Origin: a virus
Lineage: Duplodnaviria > Caudoviricetes
DNA length: 64,000 bases
Virus record (IMG/VR): IMGVR_UViG_3300035126_000903
Span: 32,001 to 96,000 of that record
Direction: 5' to 3' (one strand)
In this document: positions 26,073-36,164 of the stretch, one piece after another
How positions within the stretch are numbered: the stretch's first letter is position 1
How the letters are laid out: each line of letters starts with the position of its first letter
The notes under the pieces: model-generated
Database searches by the model: none
What the model was told of the DNA's origin: nothing
What the model saw: the letters and a program-made list of their open reading frames with translations, nothing else
Translations under genes and position numbers: made by a program

Positions 26073-26723
26073 TTATTTTGATTTTGGTTTATAAAATCCA
26101 AGACCAACAACTTCTTCCCAAAGTTGTTTCATTGTTGTTCTGATGGATTCTTTGTGTTTTTCATCCAAAAACCCAAAGTCATGTTTGTATCTCATTGCCA
26201 TAGAATCAATTAGTTGTGGGTCAGGCTGTAGTTCGGGTTTAGTTTCTTCAATTAGTTTTCCGTCTTTCCATACATAAGTTTTTATGATGTTCCCTTGTTC
26301 ATCAAAACACTCCACAATTCCATCTATCTTACCCTCTTTGTGTGGGGTTCTTATACGGATGTTGCCGTCCTCATAGAACCACTCCCAAATGCCTTCTTCT
26401 TGTCCTTTTGAGTTCTTCTGTCCTTTAATCCATACATTCCCGTTGGAGTAGTATTCAATGAGGGGTGTGAGTTCGGGTTTAGTTTCTTCAATCAGTTTTC
26501 CGTCTTTCCAAAGACGGGTTTGGGTAATGTTTCCTTGTTCATTAAACCACTCCACAATTCCATCTATCTTACCCTCCTTGTATGGAACTCTCCTTTTGAT
26601 GTTTCCGTTTGGACAGAACCACTCCCAAATACCTTCTCGTTGTCCTTTGGAGTTCTTTTGTCCTTTAATCCACACATTTCCGTTAATGTAGTATTCAATG
26701 TAGGGTGTAAGTTCCTTGGTCAT
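26073..26723 (-). CDS. MORN-variant repeat protein with internal 80-aa duplication (start revised)
   Basis: Two ELTP.IEY...KLIEETKP units. Confidence 0.85.
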   Translation of the reverse strand: MTKELTPYIEYYINGNVWIKGQKNSKGQREGIWEWFCPNGNIKRRVPYKEGKIDGIVEWFNEQGNITQTRLWKDGKLIEETKPELTPLIEYYSNGNVWIKGQKNSKGQEEGIWEWFYEDGNIRIRTPHKEGKIDGIVECFDEQGNIIKTYVWKDGKLIEETKPELQPDPQLIDSMAMRYKHDFGFLDEKHKESIRTTMKQLWEEVVGLGFYKPKSK

Positions 26724-26727
26724 AGGT

Positions 26728-27189
26728 TTAGTGTTTAGTTTCTTCAATTACTTCACCATTTTTCCATAGAGTGGTTTTGGTGATGTTTCCTTCTTCATCA
26801 AACCACTCCTGAATTCCATCCATATTACCATCTTTGAATGGGGTTCTAAAATCGATGTTCCCGTTTGGATAGAAAACCTCCTGAATACCGTCCACCTTAC
26901 CCTCTTTAAAAGGGATTCTCCTTTCGATGTTTCCGTTCTCCCAGAAATACTCCCAAATGCCTTCTCGTTGTCCTACGGAGTTCTCTTGTCCTTTAATCCA
27001 CACATTTCCGTTGTCGTGGTATTCAATGTAGGGTGTGAGTTCCTCATCTATCTTTTTTATCAACTCCAACACTAATGAGTTTCTACCCATTCGATAGGTT
27101 ATTTGGAATTCTGTTTCTTTCTCAACATCCTTTGGGGGGAGATAATAAAGTTTTTCCAATTCGTCTTTTGTTAATTCTAGTTTTTTCAT
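26728..27189 (-). CDS. MORN-variant repeat protein with N-terminal extension
   Basis: ELTPYIEY...IEETKH. Confidence 0.85.
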   Translation of the reverse strand: MKKLELTKDELEKLYYLPPKDVEKETEFQITYRMGRNSLVLELIKKIDEELTPYIEYHDNGNVWIKGQENSVGQREGIWEYFWENGNIERRIPFKEGKVDGIQEVFYPNGNIDFRTPFKDGNMDGIQEWFDEEGNITKTTLWKNGEVIEETKH

Positions 27190-27192
27190 ATT

Positions 27193-27423
27193 TTAGTTTT
27201 TAATTTGCCTTGTTGTAGAGTATTTACGAATATCATCCCCAATCTCAAATCGGTGTGATAAATCCGTTATCTCGTAATGATTTCCACCAATTCGATATGA
27301 AAAACGTGCCAAACTCGTATCTTCTACCATAACTGATTTTCTAGTGATTATATAACTTTTTTCTGCTACAAAATCACACGAGTAAAGTGATGCAAATAGG
27401 GTAATTAGTAAGATTTTTTTCAT
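27193..27423 (-). CDS. Putative lipoprotein
   Basis: Lipobox-like LYSC. Confidence 0.65.
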   Translation of the reverse strand: MKKILLITLFASLYSCDFVAEKSYIITRKSVMVEDTSLARFSYRIGGNHYEITDLSHRFEIGDDIRKYSTTRQIKN

Positions 27424-27514
27424 AATTGGGTGGGGTTTAGTGTTTCCATCCTATCCCTAATTTATTGATAGGAGTTAATTGTGAAGTATAGTTCATATAA
27501 GATATTACAAAATT

Positions 27515-28054
27515 TTAGTTCCACCAATTTTTAAGTCCCGAACCATCAAATTTTCCCTCCCACTCATCTTGCTCAAAAAAATCACCTTGTCCTTTAATTA
27601 TTTCACAAAATTCTTCCCATTCCTTAACTTCAAGTTCACGAGATTTTAAAAAAACTTCGTGGTTATGATCTCTTTGTTCTTCAGTTAAACCATCTTCAAC
27701 ACTAAATAATTCAGGTCTATCTTCCAAAGGAACAAATTTAAGTTCATAATCATAACGTTTACCTAAAATGTTTTCAGCCATTGTAACATAGTTATCATCT
27801 ATGTGATTTTGTAAAATCTCACAAGCACGCCTCATTTTGGCCACTTTTTTCATTTTAGTAGACTTAATCTCATTACCTTTATTCTCAATCCCATCAGCCA
27901 TTTCATTAATGCCTGTGTTCATAAATTGAAATAAAGGCTGATAAGCCCACCAATGAAAATCGGTGAGAGCCTTTCTAAATAACCAGACATTTTTTATGAA
28001 GTTAATGAAAGATAAAATTTTATCTTTGATTAGGGTGTAATATATTTTTATCAT
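27515..28054 (-). CDS. Hypothetical protein
   Basis: ORF track. Confidence 0.75.
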   Translation of the reverse strand: MIKIYYTLIKDKILSFINFIKNVWLFRKALTDFHWWAYQPLFQFMNTGINEMADGIENKGNEIKSTKMKKVAKMRRACEILQNHIDDNYVTMAENILGKRYDYELKFVPLEDRPELFSVEDGLTEEQRDHNHEVFLKSRELEVKEWEEFCEIIKGQGDFFEQDEWEGKFDGSGLKNWWN

Positions 28055-28416
28055 ATGAATATTCCGTTTAAGTATCTTGTTCTTTCTTCGTCAGTCATCT
28101 GATATGGAAGATTATAATCATCAGTTTTATTTTCTTCCAACCATTGATGTAGTTCTTCTATTGTTCTACATAGTTCATTCCCATCCTTATCTGTCATTGT
28201 TAAATCGGTTCTCTCGCCCCAATTTTTATCATAACACCACCAATCAAATGTTTCTTTTCCTTCTTTCCCATAGTAAGAACCAATCAAAAGAGAAATTACT
28301 TGTTCTAAAGTATCACAAAAATTGACAAGGTCAATTTCTGCTTTGTAAGCGGCAATAGTCTTACTTTGATGTTTTTTAAGTAATTCTATTATTTTTTTAA
28401 ATACTTCTAATTTCAT
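28051..28416 (-). CDS. Hypothetical protein
   Basis: ORF track. Confidence 0.75.
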   Translation of the reverse strand: MKLEVFKKIIELLKKHQSKTIAAYKAEIDLVNFCDTLEQVISLLIGSYYGKEGKETFDWWCYDKNWGERTDLTMTDKDGNELCRTIEELHQWLEENKTDDYNLPYQMTDEERTRYLNGIFI

Positions 28417-29555
28417 TGTTCGTTTTTAAGTAAAAATTTATTGCTGATTGCCTTAAAAGAAATTGTCCCGTCTAATGACCTAACAACAACACCTTCTCTT
28501 TCTGTTTTTGGGTTAAGTGCGGACTTTCCTTCCGCATACTGTAACATCTCTTCAATTGTGTTTGGAAGAAGAAAATTAGATTCTAGAATGGGCACAGTTT
28601 GGAGACCAATCATGAAACAAATATCCTCTAAATCTTTGATTCCCAACCTGGTTCTACTATCAATTTGATAAACACTAAAAAATCTAACAGTTTGTCCTTT
28701 TATACCATAGGGATTGCCTTGAATACCTTCACCAATCAACTCTCCCTGTAAACAGATATTGTAGCCGACTGCTCCAAGCTTTGTCTTGAGATCCAGTTGA
28801 CGAGCGACTTTCCAAAAGGTGTTCTCCTGTTTCGGTCTCTCAGCTCCATCATCGCACATTACCATTCCTGGCACAAACTCTTCAGGTTCTGCGAGCTCTA
28901 AGTTTCGCGAACAGACTCCAAAGACTCCATCCTTGAAATAATAAGTTGCGCTTGCCCCATCAAGCTTCTCAGCGACATAGAACTGGTGGGCCGAAGTCAG
29001 CTTCCACTTCTCATAGTCGTCGGCTAAGTTCTGAACTCTCTCCTCATCTGTCTTGCGAATGAATGAAGGAAAAAGACCCTTAACCTTTCCTGCGAGCTCA
29101 GCTGGGATTGGCGGCTCATACTTAACGATTTCCAAATGATTACTTACATCCGTGCCTTCTTCGATTAAGAGGGCATCATCGTATGGTCCCAGTTGGAGTT
29201 GCATGCCCCAAGGTTGTTGTGAGTAGCCGATCTTCATTTCGTCTGCGTCTTCGAGAACAGAGAGCGGAAGCAAGAGTCCTTGTGAGACTTGGCCTCTGAG
29301 CCTGATTGTCTTGAGTCGGAAACCTTCTTGGTCTCCCATCTTTTTGAATGAGCTCTTGCGTAGGAACTCAAACTCTTCGCGAATCGGAAGGAATGAATCG
29401 ATCTCACAATAGATTACCAAATCACCAACCTTGTGTTGGACATCTTTTGCCACCACAACTTTCCAACCATCAACCACCGCTAGTTCAATCCTATCAGCTC
29501 CTTCGATGGGTAAAATTTCTTTTATTCTTCTGACTGTTGCAAGTTTTCTTTCCAT
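28413..29555 (-). CDS. RNA ligase, DRB0094/Rnl2-like family
   Basis: N-terminal PIEGADRIE, KTDEERVQN, EKLDG, QGELIG, EGVV, FKAISN. Confidence 0.9.
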   Translation of the reverse strand: MERKLATVRRIKEILPIEGADRIELAVVDGWKVVVAKDVQHKVGDLVIYCEIDSFLPIREEFEFLRKSSFKKMGDQEGFRLKTIRLRGQVSQGLLLPLSVLEDADEMKIGYSQQPWGMQLQLGPYDDALLIEEGTDVSNHLEIVKYEPPIPAELAGKVKGLFPSFIRKTDEERVQNLADDYEKWKLTSAHQFYVAEKLDGASATYYFKDGVFGVCSRNLELAEPEEFVPGMVMCDDGAERPKQENTFWKVARQLDLKTKLGAVGYNICLQGELIGEGIQGNPYGIKGQTVRFFSVYQIDSRTRLGIKDLEDICFMIGLQTVPILESNFLLPNTIEEMLQYAEGKSALNPKTEREGVVVRSLDGTISFKAISNKFLLKNEQ

Positions 29556-29905
29556 TACAATACGTTTTTTAAATTATGCAAATATAACTCTTTTTCTTTG
29601 CTTCTCAAATAATTTTTCATTCTTTTTTCGGCCCTTCTGAATTTCCAAAAAATAGGATTGAATGGATTCAAAACAGCAAACGGTATTTTCCAAGAAAAAT
29701 GACCGTTCACCCAGGCACCAATATGATTTGAACTCCAACCAAAAGATAACCTTCCTCCATTTTCTTTTTCATAAGTTGGACTATGAAATTCTGCCCATGA
29801 CATCCCTGGTCCGGCGTAATGGTTCATTTTCCAATTTTCATAATCATTCTCCATCGAATCGATGAATCTGTCTATGTATAACTTATCAATTTGTTTTTCT
29901 TTCAT
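29555..29905 (-). CDS. Hypothetical protein
   Basis: ORF track. Confidence 0.7.
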   Translation of the reverse strand: MKEKQIDKLYIDRFIDSMENDYENWKMNHYAGPGMSWAEFHSPTYEKENGGRLSFGWSSNHIGAWVNGHFSWKIPFAVLNPFNPIFWKFRRAEKRMKNYLRSKEKELYLHNLKNVL

Positions 29906-30306
29906 AATTTTATTTCAAATCTGTTTTTCATAATTTCTAACTTATCATCAGGAACACCATGAATATTCCTTCCGCCGTGTCGGTTTTCAACAATCAATGA
30001 GAAGACTGTGTAACCGTAATCTTTGGCCAACTTATAATAAGCTTCCATCTCCCATTCTTGTGTGAATGTGTTGGAAACAACCACCGGCGTGTGTTCGAGT
30101 CTCAACAAGAACTCAACTTCTTTTTGGCACCAATTGTGCGCATCCTTGATTTTCGACGGCTCGAACTTATAGTTGCCTTCTCTGTCGACGAAAAACATAT
30201 CTGCTTCTTTATGACAGTAGTCTTTGTTGACCAACATTTTTGCGACTGTCGATTTTCCTGCACCAGGCAGGCCGCGTAATAATATTAGATTTTTCATAAT
30301 TTTCAA
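29902..30306 (-). CDS. Polynucleotide kinase-like P-loop protein (AAA_33)
   Basis: RGLPGAGKST, EADMFF, AHNWC, VSNTF, HGVP. Confidence 0.85.
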   Translation of the reverse strand: MKIMKNLILLRGLPGAGKSTVAKMLVNKDYCHKEADMFFVDREGNYKFEPSKIKDAHNWCQKEVEFLLRLEHTPVVVSNTFTQEWEMEAYYKLAKDYGYTVFSLIVENRHGGRNIHGVPDDKLEIMKNRFEIKL

Positions 30307-30992
30307 ATTCTTTTTTCGTGATGATCTTGTGGCAGGTAAAGTTTTTTGATACCCCTTCCTGACATAATAACTTGTATCTCTTGCATAAGTAGAGGTTCGT
30401 ATTCATTACCATCAACACCAACATCCATAGCTCTACCTTGTGCAACCCTCAGGTGTGCTGGTAAGTGTGTGTGGCCGTGAAGGTGAATCACGCCATTGTT
30501 CATCCCATCCCAACTGGCAATAGGATAGTGCATGCAAATAAATTCAAATTTATTTACCAATCCTTTGTTGGTTGAGGAAGGTTGTCTTACATCCAAGTGA
30601 AGATAGTCGTGAGTTGAGGTAAAAAGATTCTGGACACCTCCCTTGTTTCTACGAATGTGATGATCGTGGTTTCCAAAAACAAGGTGAACATTTTTACAAA
30701 GGATTCTTTGCCGAAACTCTTCTATACTTTCAAATCCACCAAAAGACCAATCTCCTAAGTGGATTAAAACATCATCCTCACCTACTTTAGTATTGATATT
30801 ATCAACCAGAGTATTGTTCATGTGATCCAAAGATTGGAAATCACGAGTAACACCATCAGAGTCTTTCCAATTTGTAGTAGCTCTACAAATATTTGAGTGT
30901 TTGTAGTGGGTATCACTAGTAAAAAATAATCTTTGGTCTTTTTCTAAAATTAGTTTCATAGTTTTTTGTATTCGGGTTGTATAATTTTCCAA
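30303..30992 (-). CDS. Metallophosphoesterase (start probably 30959)
   Basis: TSDTH..H, LGDW, GNHD, HYP, HGHTH, DVGVD. Confidence 0.88.
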   Translation of the reverse strand: MENYTTRIQKTMKLILEKDQRLFFTSDTHYKHSNICRATTNWKDSDGVTRDFQSLDHMNNTLVDNINTKVGEDDVLIHLGDWSFGGFESIEEFRQRILCKNVHLVFGNHDHHIRRNKGGVQNLFTSTHDYLHLDVRQPSSTNKGLVNKFEFICMHYPIASWDGMNNGVIHLHGHTHLPAHLRVAQGRAMDVGVDGNEYEPLLMQEIQVIMSGRGIKKLYLPQDHHEKRI

Positions 30993-31975
30993 ATCATAGG
31001 GTCTATATTTTTACCGTCCAATAGACCAAATAAAATGGATGGGTGTTTGTATCTTTTAGCGTACTGGGCAAAGATAGCTCTATTTTCTGAAATTTCCTCG
31101 CCCCTTTCTAAGATTTTATAAATCCAATTATATTCATCTTTTATATCATCAAATTTAGAAACAAGTTCCATTTCATATTCCTTTATCTTATCAAAAAATT
31201 CATCAGGAACATCTCTGAGTACCTCTTCCATATTACCACCATTGGATAAAATCTCCCAAACAGATTTAGTCGAAACTTCAGTCATAATCTTATGCAGACG
31301 CAAGTATTCTTCTCCTTTGATTTTTACCCTATTTCCGTTTGAAAACCTTACAACGAAACCTTCTTGGTTGTTAGAAATTATACTCTTCAGTTGGGTATAG
31401 TCTTTAATTCCATCGTATTTTTTAACTAGAACGAATCCTTCGTTTTTCATTTCTGAAAAATCACACTCTTCTCCAGTTTGGGTATTGAGCACACCCAAAA
31501 CAACCAGTTCTTCTAAATCACCGTAATTTACTACTATCCGATTTTCCGGGTAAATAATCTCAAATAGGTAAGTGTAGCCAGTGTAAGTTCCACCTTGCCA
31601 ATTATACTTATCTAAAAGAGTTCTTCCTTTGATGGCTTGGTCGGAAGTGAAAGAACCTCTGGATGCAAAAACGGGTTGCTCCTGATAATAAAAGAAAATG
31701 CCGAGAGAACCGTCCATCTTTTCATATACTTTGAATTCTGAGGTTGGTGTGTGTTTTCCCTCTTCTAAATTGAAAAACTTCTTGAAAGGTCTAGCAACGA
31801 TATTTCCATTATCATCTGTAACCAAACCTCTACACATAAGGGTTATTTCATCCCACTTACCCTCATATTGGGTTGATTGGGAATAATTCCAAATAGTAAG
31901 AGGCAAAGATGGGTGGGTTTGTTTAATCAACCAACCTTCTTCAAAATATTTTTCTAAAGTTATAAATAAGTTCAT
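30956..31975 (-). CDS. RNA ligase, T4 Rnl1-like
   Basis: CRGLV, RPFKKFFN, EKMDGSLG, FEII, EGFVV, VKIK. Confidence 0.9.
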   Translation of the reverse strand: MNLFITLEKYFEEGWLIKQTHPSLPLTIWNYSQSTQYEGKWDEITLMCRGLVTDDNGNIVARPFKKFFNLEEGKHTPTSEFKVYEKMDGSLGIFFYYQEQPVFASRGSFTSDQAIKGRTLLDKYNWQGGTYTGYTYLFEIIYPENRIVVNYGDLEELVVLGVLNTQTGEECDFSEMKNEGFVLVKKYDGIKDYTQLKSIISNNQEGFVVRFSNGNRVKIKGEEYLRLHKIMTEVSTKSVWEILSNGGNMEEVLRDVPDEFFDKIKEYEMELVSKFDDIKDEYNWIYKILERGEEISENRAIFAQYAKRYKHPSILFGLLDGKNIDPMIWKIIQPEYKKL

Positions 31976-32250
31976 CTCAATTTAATTTCACGTTCAACTT
32001 CAACCCAAAAATTAGAAAGAGGATGATTAGCCCAATAAGCCGTTTCGGAATCTAAATCATCTTTTTTCATAAACTCAAAGATTTCGTTTACAATTGCTAA
32101 TGCACATTCTTTATAATGTGGGTTGGTTGGAATCGGTTGATATTTACCTGTGTTTAAGTCTAATTGTTTGCTTCGACTAAACATAACAGATTCTAACAAC
32201 TGGTCTGCTTTTTCTTTGGGTGTAATCCCTATGGGTTTGTATTTTGTCAT
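31972..32250 (-). CDS. TPKEKA-family phage protein
   Basis: Paralog of 8393. Confidence 0.75.
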   Translation of the reverse strand: MTKYKPIGITPKEKADQLLESVMFSRSKQLDLNTGKYQPIPTNPHYKECALAIVNEIFEFMKKDDLDSETAYWANHPLSNFWVEVEREIKLR

Positions 32251-32365
32251 AATTTAATAAAAAGTTATGCGGGTAAATTGTTAAATAATACTGTTAGATT
32301 TTGTGCATCTTACTGTATTCGTATGTTTTGGATTTTTAATTAAAAGTTAAATTTTCAATTTATTA

Positions 32366-33568
32366 CTAATGCTTGCTCCATCTTTTTAAAAAGAAATCCC
32401 CAAAATCACCCCCGGGTCCCGATTCGTTGATCGTTGCCCATCTTGAAATTAGAAAAGTAATTAAGAGAGTCACAATCGCTGTTGTCCACTTTGCCCATTC
32501 CGGTGGCTCTACTGTGAGGTAAGAGAATTCTTTGAAGTCTTTTCTGACGTAGTGATCTACTACGGATTTTTCGACAGCACGACAAATTTCGCCAGGGTTG
32601 AAGAAACCAATATCCATAATTTCCTCCCGAATTTCCGGAATTATTCTGCGGTTTGTGGACCAGCTGAATGGCTTTACCCATTCAATTTTATTAGAGGTAG
32701 AATTCATACCAATACAGATAACAAGCTCATTATCGTTTCCCCCATCCCAATAAGCTTCCTGCATAGAGGCAGCTAACTGTGGTTGATCTTTAAAGAAGAG
32801 AAAGAAAATGTGGACTTTCTTTTTCGGCCCGAGCTTGCCGTTTAAATAATCAGACTGCTGTTTGAAGTAATTTACATTTCCAGGGTTGAGTTGTTTTAAA
32901 GAATCCAAACCCAGAACGGTCTCTTGTCTCCACCCATTAATTGCCGGATAGTCAAAAAGATGGTAGCTTTTAACATCATCTTTAGTAAGCTTCACAAAAT
33001 CGAAAGCAGAGTGAGCAGCTTGAACCCGATTTTCGTACCAGTGGTCCGTAGTAGTGGCTTTTGCGTGGAGCGGTTCCTTATCCCATTTGATTGAATACAT
33101 ATCACCATCCTGCCCGCATCCCCAACCTCCATGGTTTATGTCACGGTTTAGTTCAACAAACTGTGGCTTCTGGCCCCAAAGCTTAGTAAGATGTGCGTAG
33201 TACTTCTGGGAAATGCTGAACTGCTGTCCTAGAGAGTTAATAACCACCCACCTAGGAGGATTTTTATCGCAGTAGGAGCAATCATAAGTGGTGGTTACGG
33301 TTGATTTGCCAACTTTGTGGGTTCTGGTGCAAGTTCGGCGAACATAAGTTTCCCAATATTCATAATACCGAGCCTCGGTAACAAGCGCTCCGTGGAATTC
33401 GGTGTCGTTCACTTGAACCTTTTCGACACTGAATTTAAATACAAGGATAAAGAAGAAACAGGCAATGGTTGGAACAACAACTTCCCACCAAGCAAGTGTG
33501 TGTTTATACCATCGAAGCAAAACAAAAGCTCCGATCAACGGAATCAAAAGACTAATCCAAATTGACAT
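32366..33568 (-). CDS. Membrane protein with large extracytoplasmic domain
   Basis: Two N-terminal and one C-terminal TM segments; elevated GC. Confidence 0.8.
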   Translation of the reverse strand: MSIWISLLIPLIGAFVLLRWYKHTLAWWEVVVPTIACFFFILVFKFSVEKVQVNDTEFHGALVTEARYYEYWETYVRRTCTRTHKVGKSTVTTTYDCSYCDKNPPRWVVINSLGQQFSISQKYYAHLTKLWGQKPQFVELNRDINHGGWGCGQDGDMYSIKWDKEPLHAKATTTDHWYENRVQAAHSAFDFVKLTKDDVKSYHLFDYPAINGWRQETVLGLDSLKQLNPGNVNYFKQQSDYLNGKLGPKKKVHIFFLFFKDQPQLAASMQEAYWDGGNDNELVICIGMNSTSNKIEWVKPFSWSTNRRIIPEIREEIMDIGFFNPGEICRAVEKSVVDHYVRKDFKEFSYLTVEPPEWAKWTTAIVTLLITFLISRWATINESGPGGDFGDFFLKRWSKH

Positions 33569-33580
33569 AATATTGGGTGG

Positions 33581-33616
33581 AAAAAAAAGCCGGTTTTTAC
33601 ATAAATCGGCTTTTTT
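33581..33616. terminator. Bidirectional-type terminator hairpin
   Basis: AAAAAAGCCG..CGGCTTTTTT. Confidence 0.6.
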
Positions 33617-33637
33617 GAATACCGCTTTTTAAATTGT

Positions 33638-34195
33638 TTAAAATACCTCGACGTTGTTATCTTTTCCGCTTTTGATTACCTCGTCTGTGCGATCTGAAGT
33701 AATCGGTTTGTAAGTCAATCTTGTCCTTCCCATAAAGGATGATAGGATCCAACCGGTAGGAAACCGAGTCATAATGTTATCGTGTTCTAATACGATCGAC
33801 TGAATCATTTTTTCCTCCATGAAAAAACCATCTCTTTGAGCTTCGATTGCTCTACTCAAATCTGCATAAAGAGAAGAAACCGCAGCAAAATTAGAATTTG
33901 GATTTGATTCCTGTACCCATTTCATAAAAATGCCCTGGGCATCCTTCCTTCCAGCCATAATCGCATTTACGTTATTTGAAAACGAGCTGTCATTCTTTAA
34001 TGCAACCTTAGATTTTTGTGAAATCGTTTTCCACATCTTGTCGTAAAAAGCTGTTCTTTCGTCCATCTTTTGTTTGTAGCGGTTCCTTAGATCAACCTCC
34101 TGGTTGGACAAAGAAATTACACTCATGAAGATTCCGAAAATGAAAAGTGCGATAATTCCTAGAATTCCGTACTTGATGATTTGGTTTGTGTTCAT
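33638..34195 (-). CDS. LemA-like membrane-anchored helical protein
   Basis: N-terminal TM, helical body, H.N...FP.G. Confidence 0.6.
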   Translation of the reverse strand: MNTNQIIKYGILGIIALFIFGIFMSVISLSNQEVDLRNRYKQKMDERTAFYDKMWKTISQKSKVALKNDSSFSNNVNAIMAGRKDAQGIFMKWVQESNPNSNFAAVSSLYADLSRAIEAQRDGFFMEEKMIQSIVLEHDNIMTRFPTGWILSSFMGRTRLTYKPITSDRTDEVIKSGKDNNVEVF

Positions 34196-34220
34196 TTTTT
34201 TGTTTTTGAAATTTTTAATT

Positions 34221-34787
34221 TTAAAGATCTATTTTACATTTAATTTTACCTGATTCCTTTGTGCTCAAATGTACTGATGAATCAACAGTTATGCTACTTC
34301 TATCTGGATCGTTTTTCCAAAATTCATGTCTAATAACCTGTATCAAGTCAAAAGCAACCCGACAACTTTCATCCACTTCATTGGGATTGTAAATACCGTA
34401 ACTTCCATTTTTACCCAAATCTTCTTGTAGGAGTTTGTTTCTACCTTCACTCAGTATTTTATCCGCTTCATCTCTAATTTGATGATACAAGCCATAATCA
34501 ATGGATAGTTTTACATTCTCAACATCAGCCCAAGTACGAATTTCTTCACCATTGCCCCAACTACCAGAAGTTTTGATATAACCCTTTCCAATTTCTACCA
34601 CTTCACCTCTTTCAGTTCGGTCACCAACTTCTAATTGTTTTTTAGGTCGGAGTTTATCCCGCAAAACATTATAGAATGTAGGGTGGTCTTTAATTACCCA
34701 CATCTGTCCTATTCCAATTCGAGAATACATATCCAAAGCTTGTTGGATTAACCTTAATTGTTCGTTTGTTACTTCAAGAGTTGCCAT
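34221..34787 (-). CDS. Hypothetical protein
   Basis: ORF track. Confidence 0.8.
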   Translation of the reverse strand: MATLEVTNEQLRLIQQALDMYSRIGIGQMWVIKDHPTFYNVLRDKLRPKKQLEVGDRTERGEVVEIGKGYIKTSGSWGNGEEIRTWADVENVKLSIDYGLYHQIRDEADKILSEGRNKLLQEDLGKNGSYGIYNPNEVDESCRVAFDLIQVIRHEFWKNDPDRSSITVDSSVHLSTKESGKIKCKIDL

Positions 34788-34837
34788 AATTTTTTACAAT
34801 ACAAATATAATAAAAAGTTCGTATATTTCCAAATTTT

Positions 34838-35107
34838 CTATATTAAATTATTATTAATAATTGGCCAGAATTTTGGATTACCTGATAATTCCAATTTTAT
34901 GATATCTTTGACTACACTCCAAAATTCATACCCTCTATCAGAGCCCATATCCCCTAACACCTCATTACATACAATCAATGCGCAATTTACTGATTGATTA
35001 TACCTCAATTCATCAGGATTTTTTGTGCTAATAAAACTTCCATTATTGGGTAAAATATAATAAAACTTATAAATTAGTTCCCTCGCTTTTTCTTCGGCTG
35101 TCCTCAT
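34838..35107 (-). CDS. TPKEKA-family phage protein
   Basis: TAEEKARELI..ALIVCNEVL..FW..VK. Confidence 0.7.
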   Translation of the reverse strand: MRTAEEKARELIYKFYYILPNNGSFISTKNPDELRYNQSVNCALIVCNEVLGDMGSDRGYEFWSVVKDIIKLELSGNPKFWPIINNNLI

Positions 35108-35763
35108 TATTTTAATATTTTATTTTCAGTTGTATTACGTCCAGCACGATTGGCTTCTCCCTCCATTAACTTATTCAAATATTCGCTTAATTCTTTTATG
35201 GTCATCCACCTATCAAAATCAGGTTCAATCCTTTTAATGCTAAGTAGTAATTCTTCTCTCTTACCTCTTTGGTAGTAACCATATTCAATATCATCAGCTA
35301 AATCTTGTAGGTATTGGGGAGCTGCAATACTAATCCTTAAATCGTAGTACGACCATTTAGTCTTGTAATCGTATAATGTAATTCCTCCAGTAAGTTTTTT
35401 GGATAAGTTAGATAAAAACCTATTACGAACCCTTACAATGGATTTATCATTCCCAAATACATAAAGGAATCTCAATACCCAACGAGGACACCATTTAGGT
35501 TTTGCTTCATAATCCATAGCAAGAACTAAGGGTAAAAGTGCCTTAAAAGTATTTGTCCTTGGGTCATAAGGAACTGAACCTAAATAACCATATTTTTCCT
35601 CAAAGTTTTTAGGAAAGAATATTTCACGAATATCACTCCACCCAATATCACGAGTGTAGATAATTCCTTTTTTTCTACCTCTCCAAAATAGGAGTGATTG
35701 AGCAAATTCTTTTGCCTTTACACTAAAAGGACGATTGTCTTTGAATTCAAATTTACTTTTCAT
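35107..35763 (-). CDS. Hypothetical protein
   Basis: ORF track. Confidence 0.8.
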   Translation of the reverse strand: MKSKFEFKDNRPFSVKAKEFAQSLLFWRGRKKGIIYTRDIGWSDIREIFFPKNFEEKYGYLGSVPYDPRTNTFKALLPLVLAMDYEAKPKWCPRWVLRFLYVFGNDKSIVRVRNRFLSNLSKKLTGGITLYDYKTKWSYYDLRISIAAPQYLQDLADDIEYGYYQRGKREELLLSIKRIEPDFDRWMTIKELSEYLNKLMEGEANRAGRNTTENKILK

Positions 35764-35775
35764 AACTTTTTTATT

Positions 35776-36006
35776 TTATTCCCAAACAAAATTTTCATTT
35801 TTTGCTTTTGATAAATGAATTAAATACTCTATAGCTTTCGGTAATGTATCAAAAGACCTTAAATAAATATTAATATCACTTCTAGTCAAATAACACCTAT
35901 ACTCTTCTTTTAGAAATTCATTCGTTGAATTCATAACCGAATTTTCTTTAAAATGTATTTTACCTATAATACTATTACCCAAATCAATACTATGTAACAT
36001 AATCAT
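35776..36006 (-). CDS. Hypothetical protein
   Basis: ORF track. Confidence 0.6.
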   Translation of the reverse strand: MIMLHSIDLGNSIIGKIHFKENSVMNSTNEFLKEEYRCYLTRSDINIYLRSFDTLPKAIEYLIHLSKAKNENFVWE

Positions 36007-36164
36007 ATTACTACATAAATATTGATTTTAAATATTAAAATTACCCATTATTAACAACATCCATTACTAAGATGTACATACCATACATAAGCAACGAAGT
36101 GGCAAACAATAAAGATGCTTTGATAATTAAACTTACAAAAAACTGAATTTTAACTTTCACAATT

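Noticed and set aside
26073-27189. Diversity-generating retroelement acting on MORN repeats
   Set aside because: Differences include many synonymous and non-adenine changes; there is no non-coding template repeat or reverse transcriptase in the window.
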